Shown here: positions 26,593 through 34,825 of the stretch, piece after piece | Layout of the letters: each line of letters begins with the position of its first letter | How positions within the stretch are numbered: the first letter of the stretch is position 1 | Origin: Ardenticatenia bacterium | Lineage (GTDB): Bacteria; Chloroflexota; Anaerolineae; Aggregatilineales; JALXEW01 | Reading direction: 5' to 3' | Assembly: GCA_027069285.1 (NCBI GenBank) | Contig: JALXEW010000261.1 | Location: 1-39,624, forward strand | Length of the DNA stretch: 39,624 nucleotides | The notes under the pieces: generated by a model | The model's database searches: none | What the model was told of the DNA's origin: nothing | What the model saw: only the letters and a program-made list of their open reading frames with translations | Program-made: the position numbers and the translations under genes

Positions 26593-27506
26593 GGCGATAC
26601 CAGTGCCTCACGGTGTATCAGCCTGACCCCATCGTATGCCGAATCGTCCACCATCACAAACCTATCCACGCCTATAGCCGCCAGCGCCTCCTGGCCCTCC
26701 GGCGTCTCGTGCATCGTCAGGAATATCCGGCGCAGCTCCTCGATCCAGCTCTCGGTCGCGTTCGGCCCCACGACAACCGGCGGAATGCCAAACGGCGGCG
26801 ATTCGTGTATGACCCGCACTCTATCCCCCAACTCCGGATCGCGTTCCAGCGCGAACCGGTACACCAGACTATCAACAGCCGCCCCATCCGCGATCCTATC
26901 GGCGACCGCACGGATCGCGTTATCGTGCGAATACGTATAGAAAACGTGGCCGAAGAAAGATTGCGGGTCATATCCCAGCTGCGTCAGCAAATATATCGGA
27001 TAGGCGCGGCCTGTAGTCGAGATGGGGTCGGTAAAGACGAAAGTAGCGCCCTGCAGGTCCTCGATCGATCGGGCATCGCTATCCGATGGCACGATCAAAA
27101 GCGAGCGGTACACCGTCTCGCCGTTGACCTCCGGCGCCACCAGCAATCGCATCCCGAACGCATCGTGGCCGTACACATACCCGCTGGTGCACACAAACGC
27201 CAAATCCACCTGGCCAGCCTCCAGCAGGTTATTGATCTCCATATAAGTGCGCCGCTGAACCAGCTCCACCGGGCGACCGAGGCGCTCGCCCAAATACCCC
27301 AACAGCAACCGGTAACTTTCGGCGGTGCCCTCAGGGGAGATCACGGCGGCGACCGCCACCCTCAGCGGCAGATCATCCATCTCCACCCGCTCTATAACAG
27401 TGGGGTCTACATCGTTGAAGTCTATATAAGGCGCATCACCTACGGCAGGGACGCAACCAACCACAAGGGGCAACGTCAAAAGGATTGCGATGACGAAATA
27501 CCTCAT
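26589..27506 (-). CDS. PhnD-like (Phosphonate-bd family) extracytoplasmic solute-binding lipoprotein, no cognate ABC permease or ATPase nearby
   Basis: Lipobox LPLVVGC. Pattern typical of the PhnD/Phosphonate-bd family: YRLLLGYLGERLGRPVELVQRRTYMEINNLLEAGQVDLAF...YRSLLIVPSDS..SIEDLQG..FVFTDPISTTG...SHDNAIRAVADRIADGAAVDS. 4-nt overlaps with both flanking kinase genes. Confidence 0.78.
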   Translation of the reverse strand: MRYFVIAILLTLPLVVGCVPAVGDAPYIDFNDVDPTVIERVEMDDLPLRVAVAAVISPEGTAESYRLLLGYLGERLGRPVELVQRRTYMEINNLLEAGQVDLAFVCTSGYVYGHDAFGMRLLVAPEVNGETVYRSLLIVPSDSDARSIEDLQGATFVFTDPISTTGRAYPIYLLTQLGYDPQSFFGHVFYTYSHDNAIRAVADRIADGAAVDSLVYRFALERDPELGDRVRVIHESPPFGIPPVVVGPNATESWIEELRRIFLTMHETPEGQEALAAIGVDRFVMVDDSAYDGVRLIHREALVSP

Positions 27507-29902
27507 CTTGCGAACCTGGCTTCCAGCTTCTGCAGCTCCTCGACGGCGTAACGACCGGTATCGATCTCAGGCTCGCCCACCTCGCCCACAGGCGGGGCGG
27601 TCAAAGGCAAAGTGAAATACACCGTAGTGCCGTAGCCGGCACGGCTCTCCAGCCGGATCGAGCCGCCATGTGCCTCGATCACCTTACGGGCGATATAAAG
27701 CCCCTGGCCGGTGCCGGGAACGTCCAAGACCTTACCATCAGGCGTCCTGGGCACCCCACGGAAGAAACGTCGCCACACCAGCGGCAAATCCTCCGTGGAT
27801 ATGCCCACCCCGGTATCCGAGACCATAAACGAGGCGGAATTTCGCTTACTGCGTTCGAGCCTCAACATGATCTCGCCGCCCGGCAGCGAATATTTGACCG
27901 AATTATCGATCAGATTCCCAATGGCCCACCGCAGCCTGCGTTCATCCCCCAGCACATACATATCGCGATCCAGTATCTGTACCTGGATGCTCAATCCCGC
28001 CTGCTCTGCGGCCTCCTTCCAATCCCGCACCAGGTCCCACATCAGATTCTCGGTCGAGATCGGGCGCCTGCCGATGCGGAGCGAATCGGCATCCAGGCTC
28101 GCCAGGTCGCGGAACTCCAGGATCAGGCGGGCCAGCTCGATGGCATTGCGATGCACCCCCTCCACAAACGCCCTCAAAGCCGACGATTGACCGTTGGCGG
28201 CCCTCACAAGCTCCATACCCTGCTCATGCAACTCGGTCAATGGCGCCTGCAACTCACGGGCCATCCGGGCCAGCAACTGTTCCCGTGCCTGCTCATCCAT
28301 AGCCTGTCGGGTCACATCGCGCAACACGATCACCGTGCCGATTCGCTCTCGCGGCCTGCCAGATTCTTCCACCATCACGGCGGCGGCCTGAGCGCTCAGC
28401 ACCCGCTCATCGACGACCACCCGCGTCTCATCGCCGGTCAGATATATCCCCGGCGCCATCGCCGGTCCGAGCGCATCCGTCACCTGGGCGGTCAGCCGAT
28501 TGAGGTCGCTATGGCGCACCACCCGCCTGGAGCCGAGCAACTCGCGTGCCGCATCATTTATCAGCACCACCCGCCCATCCATATCCAACAGCACCAGCCC
28601 ATCGGGGATCGAGCGGAGCACCGCGCTGAGCCTGGCCACCTCGCTCCGTTGGGCATAAAGGCTCAGCCGCATCAAGTGAGCACGCATCTCCCACTGATCG
28701 GCCATACGGTCGATCGCGTGGCCCAACGCCCCCACCTCATCGATCGGCTGCATACCGGTTCGGCGGCCCAAATCCCCGGCACCCAGGGCCTCGGCAGTCT
28801 CGCGAATACGTTCGAGCCTGCGGGTGAAAACCGCCGTGATCGCGACGAACCCGGCGACCATCAAAGCGGCCACCCCGGCGGCAAAAGTCAGACTGATCAC
28901 ACGGCGGCTGGTCTCGGTGGCGAAGAAAATGTTATTCGGCACAAAAGTCGCCAATACCCCAAGCGTCTCGCCCCGGACGACGAACGGCATATAAGCCACC
29001 TGGTAAGGGACGCCGCCGAGCGTGAAGGCACGTATCGGGACAGAATCGGTGGCGCTCAACGCACCCTCAAAAGTCTGCTCATCCACCTCCAGTGCCGAGA
29101 ACCCCTCCTCCGGCTCCGGCAACGTGGTGGCCAGGAGCCGTCCATCCGGCCCGTACAGCGCCAGCTCGGTGAGGGCGCCACTTCGCAACTCCCACAGCAG
29201 CTGGCTAAGGCGCGACCCGACCATGATCACGCCGAGCATCTCACCTTCCCAAACCACCGGGGCGGCGGTATAGAGCGCATAACCGCGCGTGGTGCGCACC
29301 AGGCCTGCGGGCCTGACGTCCAGATCGGGATCATCGCCTATGAAAGCCGCCACCGGCAGCAAAGTGCTCAGATCGGTACCGGTGCTGATGGCGAAATCAA
29401 CGCCCCCCTCCTGATCCGTTCTTTGCAGCCCCAGTATCTCGATCCCGTCAGAATCCGTCACTATCACGCTATCCACGCCCTCATTGGCCGCTATCGGCTC
29501 GATAAGGCGCTGAAGGGAGTCTATCCCCCGGCTGCGGACGGCCTGTGGGATACCATTCGTAAAGGCGATCAGGCGCAATACGGCCAGATGCTCGGCCTCG
29601 AAATCCCCCAAACGCATGACGGCCCCGTGGCAAGCCTCGAGCAGCTGTTGGGTCTGTGCCTCTTTGACCCCTTCTGCCACGGCACCCGTGACCCAATACG
29701 TGCCGACGGTGGCGAAAGCGATCAAAACCGCCGCCAGCGGCATCAGCACCCATACCCGTGCCGACACATACCTCGTTCCGGCCCCACCTCCCCGGCGCCC
29801 TTTACCGCGCGACGGTGGATGCTCGGCCCTCTGTATCGCCGGATACTCCCCATACGATCCCGGCTGGCCACGATGCTCTGGTGCGGATTCACGTCCGCTC
29901 AC
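27503..29902 (-). CDS. membrane sensor kinase-like protein (large external domain, HAMP, PAS, HisKA-like helix lacking the conserved His, intact HATPase_c)
   Basis: TM helices at about aa 50-75 and 335-360 flank a ~265-aa external domain. HAMP RRLERIRETAEALGAGDLGRR...DEVGALGHAIDRM. PAS IPDGLVLLDMDGRVVLINDAARELLG. N-box IGNLIDNSVKYS, G1 VSDTGVGI, G2 GTGQGLYIARKV. The GTG start shares one nt with the upstream TAG, and the start is uncertain. Confidence 0.8.
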   Translation of the reverse strand: MSGRESAPEHRGQPGSYGEYPAIQRAEHPPSRGKGRRGGGAGTRYVSARVWVLMPLAAVLIAFATVGTYWVTGAVAEGVKEAQTQQLLEACHGAVMRLGDFEAEHLAVLRLIAFTNGIPQAVRSRGIDSLQRLIEPIAANEGVDSVIVTDSDGIEILGLQRTDQEGGVDFAISTGTDLSTLLPVAAFIGDDPDLDVRPAGLVRTTRGYALYTAAPVVWEGEMLGVIMVGSRLSQLLWELRSGALTELALYGPDGRLLATTLPEPEEGFSALEVDEQTFEGALSATDSVPIRAFTLGGVPYQVAYMPFVVRGETLGVLATFVPNNIFFATETSRRVISLTFAAGVAALMVAGFVAITAVFTRRLERIRETAEALGAGDLGRRTGMQPIDEVGALGHAIDRMADQWEMRAHLMRLSLYAQRSEVARLSAVLRSIPDGLVLLDMDGRVVLINDAARELLGSRRVVRHSDLNRLTAQVTDALGPAMAPGIYLTGDETRVVVDERVLSAQAAAVMVEESGRPRERIGTVIVLRDVTRQAMDEQAREQLLARMARELQAPLTELHEQGMELVRAANGQSSALRAFVEGVHRNAIELARLILEFRDLASLDADSLRIGRRPISTENLMWDLVRDWKEAAEQAGLSIQVQILDRDMYVLGDERRLRWAIGNLIDNSVKYSLPGGEIMLRLERSKRNSASFMVSDTGVGISTEDLPLVWRRFFRGVPRTPDGKVLDVPGTGQGLYIARKVIEAHGGSIRLESRAGYGTTVYFTLPLTAPPVGEVGEPEIDTGRYAVEELQKLEARFAR

Positions 29903-31758
29903 TACCCCTCACTCCCTCCGGCGCCCCCCGCGCCGGATACCCCTCTCCCGTCGCGGCTACCGCTCTCCTCAGGGCCTTCGTCCTCCTCGGAGATCGGCAG
30001 CAGCACAGTGATCTTAGTGCCCTTGCCCGGCTCACTTTCGATATACGTGGTACCTTCCACCAACTCGGCCCGCTCGCGCATATTAATCATGCCCAGGCTG
30101 CCGCGATGCTCATACCCAGAATCCACCTCCTTGACGTCAAAGCCAACCCCATCATCCTCCACCTCCAGGACGACGAACTCATCCTGGCGGTACAGCCGCA
30201 CCCAGATATGATCGGCCTGTGCGTGCTTGCGCGCGTTATTGACCGCCTCCTCGACGATATAGAACACCACGCCCTGTGCAGTAGGGCTGAGCAACCTTTC
30301 CACGCCCGGCCTGACATGTACGACAACGTTCTGACCATGAGTCTCGCGCATCTTCTGGGCCAACTGCTCCAATGCCGCCGTAAGGCCCTGGGTTTCCAGC
30401 ACAAGCGGCCTGAGTGTGAACAGCATATGGCGTATTTCCTTAGTGGTGCGCCGTGCCAGCTCCTCGACCTTCCAAAGCTCCTCCGGCACCTGCTCCGGAT
30501 GCCGTTCCAAGAGGCGTCTGATGAAATTGATACGCATCGCCACGGCGGAGATGCCCTGAGTGGGTCCATCGTGCAAATCGCGGGCGAGCTTCTTCCTGGC
30601 ATCCTCCTCCACCTCGACGATACGCTCCTTCTCCTCCTTCAGGTTCTGATATAGCACCGCGTTTTGGAGCGCGATGGTGGCCTGACTGCCGATAGCGGTC
30701 AGCAACTCCACATGCTCGCCCGAAAACGCATTTGGCTTCTCGCTGCCGAACACCAAAAGCCCGTAGTTATCATACCCGGCCCGCAACGGGATACAGAGCA
30801 CCGACTTAACGCCCTGAAAGGCCATAAAATAGCGCAACTCCGGGTCCTTACGCGGGTCGCTGCCGATGACAGGTTCCGCCTGGCGGAGGGCCATGCCCAT
30901 TATACCCCTCTTGCCCGGCACCTTGATGGCCATATCACGCCGGGTCAGCCGCCTGGCGGTTGCAACGTACAACTCATTATCCCTGAACAGCAACACCATA
31001 CCAACCAGTCGCGCGTCACGCCTGAGCTCGCGCAGCCCCAGCACGCCCACATCCAAAGCGGCATCCAGCACCTTCTTGTAGTCGAGCGTGGCGCTCAGCG
31101 TGCTGGCCATCTCATAGATAGCACGGGTGCGCTCACGGGCGGCGCGGAGCCTTCTGGCTTCCACCTCGCGGCTTCGCTCCACCATCCTCTTAAGCACGCC
31201 CTGAGTATAAGTAGTGAGCAGTCCAGATAGCGAGGCGGCGAAAAGCAAGAAGAGTATCCCGGCGACCACAGACGCCATATCATCGGCGCCATTGGGAACG
31301 GTGAGGAAGTAAATGAACACATCGGCCAGGCTGACGGCGAAACTCACGCCCACGCCCACCGGCCATCCGAATCGAACCGAGGCAGTGACCACCGGCAACA
31401 GCCCCGCGCCGACCATGACCATAGGGTCTGCCCCGGCGGCCCAGAACGTGGCAGCCGATAGCACCCCATCCAGCATCAACGTGATGCCCCCGAACCATGC
31501 CTGCGGCGCCCCAAGCCACAAGACCATCGCCACCAGCAAGTTATACACAGCGCCGAGGAATATCACGATGAGCAACCCGGATGGCAGAGGAGTTCCCAGG
31601 GCTTCGGATGAGGAATCCGGGGCCATCAGCGCAAGCACCAACGCGCCCAGCAGGAAAAGCCAGCGCAGGGCAAAGATAATCCGATCTATTTGAGACGAGG
31701 CTGCCTGGCGATTGCCCACGCTAAACGCCATCCACCCTAAACAAAACGCCGTGGTCAC
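29902..31758 (-). CDS. polytopic-membrane sensor histidine kinase (about 6 TM, GAF, HisKA_3, HATPase_c)
   Basis: The N-terminal ~190 aa are hydrophobic helices. GAF-like region (VGMVLLFRDNELYVATARRL...LCIPLRAGYDNYGLLVFGS). HisKA_3 H-box LARDLHDGPTQGISAV. N-box VEEAVNNARKHAQA. G-boxes VEDDGVGFD and GSLGMINMRERA. The start is either the GTG at 31758 or the ATG at 31731. Confidence 0.82.
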   Translation of the reverse strand: MTTAFCLGWMAFSVGNRQAASSQIDRIIFALRWLFLLGALVLALMAPDSSSEALGTPLPSGLLIVIFLGAVYNLLVAMVLWLGAPQAWFGGITLMLDGVLSAATFWAAGADPMVMVGAGLLPVVTASVRFGWPVGVGVSFAVSLADVFIYFLTVPNGADDMASVVAGILFLLFAASLSGLLTTYTQGVLKRMVERSREVEARRLRAARERTRAIYEMASTLSATLDYKKVLDAALDVGVLGLRELRRDARLVGMVLLFRDNELYVATARRLTRRDMAIKVPGKRGIMGMALRQAEPVIGSDPRKDPELRYFMAFQGVKSVLCIPLRAGYDNYGLLVFGSEKPNAFSGEHVELLTAIGSQATIALQNAVLYQNLKEEKERIVEVEEDARKKLARDLHDGPTQGISAVAMRINFIRRLLERHPEQVPEELWKVEELARRTTKEIRHMLFTLRPLVLETQGLTAALEQLAQKMRETHGQNVVVHVRPGVERLLSPTAQGVVFYIVEEAVNNARKHAQADHIWVRLYRQDEFVVLEVEDDGVGFDVKEVDSGYEHRGSLGMINMRERAELVEGTTYIESEPGKGTKITVLLPISEEDEGPEESGSRDGRGVSGAGGAGGSEG

Positions 31759-31789
31759 CGGTTCGCCGGCGCCACGGCATTTACTATAG

Positions 31790-31863
<74 letters not shown>

Positions 31864-31880
31864 GGACATTACCAACGGTG

Positions 31881-31909
31881 ATTATAGCATCGATGCCCGT
31901 GGGCGCCAA
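31881..31909 (-). promoter_or_regulatory. sigma70-type promoter for tRNA-Val (TTGGCG-17 nt-TATAAT)
   Basis: On the minus strand, TTGGCG (31904-31909) and TATAAT (31881-31886) are separated by a 17-nt spacer. The -10 ends 17 nt before the mature tRNA 5' end. Confidence 0.55.
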
Positions 31910-31994
31910 AAAGCGATTCCGCATTTACTTAAGTGTAATCCCTATCGCACTTCTCCACAAGCCCGTGGCGGGCACAAAGCCCCGGAACGCAGTC

Positions 31995-32026
31995 GGCCCC
32001 CTGCAGTTGAGGCGCTGCGGGGGGCC
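31995..32026 (-). terminator. GC-rich stem-loop downstream of the malic enzyme gene (terminator / 3' stabiliser candidate)
   Basis: GGCCCCCTGCAG-ttgaggcg-CTGCGGGGGGCC, 11 of 12 positions paired, 38-69 nt past the stop at 32064. No clear U-run follows. Confidence 0.45.
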
Positions 32027-32063
32027 AACCCACATAGCGGCAGGAGGGGGACTTCCTCTGGGC

Positions 32064-33422
32064 CTAAGCTTCGGGTGCAGGGGGTATGAATCCCTCTTTC
32101 ATCATCATATGAGTCAGATCACGCGCGGACTTAATGATCTCGGACGCGCGCTTCAACTCCTCCTCATACGTCGTCTTGATGCGGGCGATGCCCTGTTCCT
32201 GGGCCTTCATCGCCACGGCAGCTGCCTCCCTGGGGAAGACCTCCCAAATATCCATCGTCGGGATGATATACTCCGGCGACAACTTATCCTCCGGCACCAT
32301 CGAGGCCAGGGACTCGGCAGCGGCTATAGCCATCTCATCGGTGATCGTCTTAGCCCGTACGTCCAGCGTGCCCCGGAAGATGCCGGGGAAGCCCAGCGAG
32401 TTATTGATCTGATTCTCAAAGTCCGAACGCCCGGTCGCGACCACCACAGCGCCCGCCTGCTTGGCCTCCCACGGCCATATCTCCGGCACCGGGTTAGCGC
32501 AGGCGAACACCACCGGATCCTTGGCCATCTCCTTCACCCACTCCGGCTTGATCACGCCGGGGCCGGGCTTGGAAAGCGCGATCACCACATCAGCGCCGCG
32601 CATCGCCGTGGGAATATCGCCCTGGATGCCTTCCCGGTTAGTGATCTGACAGAGGTTCCACTTCTCGGCGAACAGATCGCGTTTCTCTTCTATATCCTTA
32701 CGGTGCTTACCCAGGATGCCCCTGCTATCCACCACGACGCAATTAGCCGGGTCCACACCGTAGGCGAAGATCAGCCGGGTGATGGCGACATTCGACGCAC
32801 CGGCGCCTATAAAAGCGATCCGGACGTCCTTCAACTTCTTGCCGACAACCTTGACCGCATTGATCAAGCCGGCCAGAGTGACCGAAGCAGTCCCCTGCTG
32901 GTCATCGTGCCATACCGGGATCTCGGCCTTCTCACGCAGCTCATAAAGGATGCGGAAGCACTTAGGCTGCGCAATATCCTCCAGATTGATGCCGCCGAAC
33001 GCCGGTTGGAGCAACAGCGCCGTCCTGATGAACTCATCGGGGTCTTTGGTATCCAGCAGGATCGGCACCGCATCCACGCCGCCCAAATACTTAAACAGCA
33101 GCGCCTTCCCCTCCATGACCGGCATCCCGGCCTTCGGGCCGATGTCGCCCAGGCCCAGCACGCGCGTGCCATCGGATAGGACTATGATAGTATTCCACTT
33201 GCTGGTATGCTCGTAGACCAGCTCCGGGTTTTCCTGGATAGCCCGGCAAGGCGCCGCCACACCGGGCGTATACCAGATCGCGAAATCGTCGAAATTGCGC
33301 ACCGGCGCCCTGAGAGCGGTTTGCGTCTTCCCGCGATAGAAGGGGTGGAGCTTCATCGCATCCTGGGCCGGCTTCTTCGCCTTTGCCAGCAGCTCCTCGA
33401 CGTTTACTGGTTCCTCTGCCAT
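32064..33422 (-). CDS. NAD(P)-dependent malic enzyme (oxaloacetate-decarboxylating malate dehydrogenase), short prokaryotic type
   Basis: LHPFYRGKTQT, VLGLGDIGPKAGMPVMEGKALLFKYLGG, FGGINLEDIAQPKCF, WHDDQQGTA and FIGAGASNVA. The ATG at 33420-33422 is preceded by AAGGAG. The 24-codon extension in the track is discounted. Confidence 0.9.
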   Translation of the reverse strand: MAEEPVNVEELLAKAKKPAQDAMKLHPFYRGKTQTALRAPVRNFDDFAIWYTPGVAAPCRAIQENPELVYEHTSKWNTIIVLSDGTRVLGLGDIGPKAGMPVMEGKALLFKYLGGVDAVPILLDTKDPDEFIRTALLLQPAFGGINLEDIAQPKCFRILYELREKAEIPVWHDDQQGTASVTLAGLINAVKVVGKKLKDVRIAFIGAGASNVAITRLIFAYGVDPANCVVVDSRGILGKHRKDIEEKRDLFAEKWNLCQITNREGIQGDIPTAMRGADVVIALSKPGPGVIKPEWVKEMAKDPVVFACANPVPEIWPWEAKQAGAVVVATGRSDFENQINNSLGFPGIFRGTLDVRAKTITDEMAIAAAESLASMVPEDKLSPEYIIPTMDIWEVFPREAAAVAMKAQEQGIARIKTTYEEELKRASEIIKSARDLTHMMMKEGFIPPAPEA

Positions 33423-33531
33423 TGGCGTTCTCCTTAGCAAGATAGCCTCAGCCGGTGGAATCACCGGCGAATGTGACCGGCAACCCATGATCACCGTGGC
33501 CTAAAATCGCCACACAAACAGATTACACCCT

Positions 33532-33547
33532 TGTGAACAGGTGCACA
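33532..33547. promoter_or_regulatory. CRP/FNR-like palindrome TGTGA-N6-GCACA upstream of the malic enzyme gene
   Basis: TGTGAacaggtGCACA matches 9 of 10 positions of TGTGA-N6-TCACA. It lies 110-125 nt upstream of the ATG at 33422. Single occurrence, so it may be chance. Confidence 0.25.
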
Positions 33548-33613
33548 TGTGGCGAGTCACACCAAATAGGGTGACAACCTTCCCAGTTGCGCGGCGCCCA
33601 AACGATCTCACCC

Positions 33614-33641
33614 TTGACACCAACCTGGCCGCTGATATAAT
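33614..33641 (+). promoter_or_regulatory. consensus sigma70-type promoter for tRNA-Lys (TTGACA-16 nt-TATAAT)
   Basis: Perfect TTGACA (33614-33619) and perfect TATAAT (33636-33641). The -10 ends 13 nt before the tRNA 5' end. Confidence 0.65.
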
Positions 33642-33654
33642 CCATACCGGTAGT

Positions 33655-33728
33655 GGCCCCGTAGCTCAATATGGCAGAGCAGGTGACTCTTAATCACTTG
33701 GTTGGAGGTTCGAGTCCTCCCGGGGTCA
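33655..33728 (+). tRNA. tRNA-Lys (anticodon CTT), CCA not encoded
   Basis: Acceptor GGCCCCG/CGGGGTC, D-arm GCTC-AATATGGCA-GAGC, anticodon arm GGTGA-CTCTTAA-TCACT, variable loop TGGTT, T-arm GGAGG-TTCGAGT-CCTCC, discriminator A. 74 nt. Confidence 0.92.
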
Positions 33729-33797
33729 CCTTTCCCATGCATATCCCCGCCCCGCCACTATGCGATTCCATACTTTCCCGATATAATATCGCCTGTG

Positions 33798-34784
33798 ATG
33801 TTAAGGAAAACACCCGGCCATAGCGGCCCGATCAAAATGGCGACGAAACCGCCAGTGGATACAGTGCGCCCCTGCAACCTGGGCGACCTGCCCAGATTGC
33901 GTGCACTGGAATCGCGCAGCGTCCATCTGGATACCGCCTATGGCCTGGTGTACCGGATGGGCCTGGCCGACCGGGCGCTACTTACCAGACTCCCACTGGC
34001 GCGGATCAGAACGCCGACCTACATACTGAGGCGCAACGGGCGCCACGTGATCGGACAACTCGCCTGCAGACGCGGTGATGGCCGCGCAAGCCTGATCGCC
34101 ATCACACCGGCGCCAGGGCTGATCGGGATCCCGCCATGGGTAGAGCTGCTGGAGGGCATGATAGCCGCAGCCGGTGGGCGTGGTATACGCTCGCTCAGGG
34201 CAGAGGTGGATAACGACGAGATCGAAGCCCTCGACGCCCTCCGCCAGGCCGGGTTCATAGTATACGCCAGGCAAGAGATATGGCGGCGTGAGCCAGAAAA
34301 ACCGCCCCGGCCTGCCACATCCATCCTATCGAGGCCCGCGACCGGAGCGGATGCCTTCGGGATAGGGGCGCTATTCGTGAGCGCGGTGCCCAAACTGGTA
34401 CTACAGGCCGAGAGCCTGCCGGAAGGCCCCAAAGGCGGCTGGATATGTCGTGCCGGAGATAGAGTGATCGCCCACCTGAGCGTACAGCGCGGCAGGCGCG
34501 GGATACTCATCCGCCCGGTAGTACATCCAGACCTGGCCGACATGGCCGAACCGGCACTGGCATCCGCGCTGGCAGAGATACGAGCGGCAGACCGGCTGCC
34601 GACCTACTGCTGCGTGCGTAACTACCAGGGGTGGCTGCGCGACGCACTGGAGAACATCGGATTCGTACCCTGGCTGAGGCAAACCGTCATGATCAGATAC
34701 ACCACCGCCCGCGTGGTGAGAACGGCCATATCGACGCCGGAACCCGTCGGGAGAGCCTTAGCAGTACCGCCAATCGCGGAGTGA
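33798..34784 (+). CDS. GNAT-like acetyltransferase-fold protein (possibly two tandem GNAT-like halves)
   Basis: VRPCNLGDLPRLRALE... and ...GIRSLRAEVDNDEIEALDALRQAGFIVYARQEIW resemble GNAT N- and C-terminal elements. A second half ends ...NYQGWLRDALENIGFVPWLRQTVM. The track start at 33702 lies inside tRNA-Lys and is rejected. The real start is ATG 33798 (TATAAT at 33782-33787 is 10 nt upstream, so a near-leaderless mRNA is possible) or ATG 33837. Confidence 0.55.
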   Translation: MLRKTPGHSGPIKMATKPPVDTVRPCNLGDLPRLRALESRSVHLDTAYGLVYRMGLADRALLTRLPLARIRTPTYILRRNGRHVIGQLACRRGDGRASLIAITPAPGLIGIPPWVELLEGMIAAAGGRGIRSLRAEVDNDEIEALDALRQAGFIVYARQEIWRREPEKPPRPATSILSRPATGADAFGIGALFVSAVPKLVLQAESLPEGPKGGWICRAGDRVIAHLSVQRGRRGILIRPVVHPDLADMAEPALASALAEIRAADRLPTYCCVRNYQGWLRDALENIGFVPWLRQTVMIRYTTARVVRTAISTPEPVGRALAVPPIAE

Positions 34785-34825
34785 GATACCATCTTGGGAA
34801 AGGAAGACAGAAGACAAAGAACACT

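Noticed and set aside
27668-30211. 847-aa plus-strand ORF, the longest non-annotated ORF in the window
   Set aside because: It lies exactly antisense to two kinase genes that carry clear motifs. Its translation is Arg/Pro/His/Gly/Gln-rich low-complexity sequence with no recognisable motif. This is a typical shadow ORF of GC-rich DNA.
33702-33797. ORF start inside tRNA-Lys for the GNAT-like gene. Analogous 5' extensions occur at 33423-33494 (malic enzyme) and 34631-34825 (R3H ATPase).
   Set aside because: These extensions overlap a tRNA gene or the upstream CDS. They lack Shine-Dalgarno sequences, and the internal ATGs give N-termini typical of the families.
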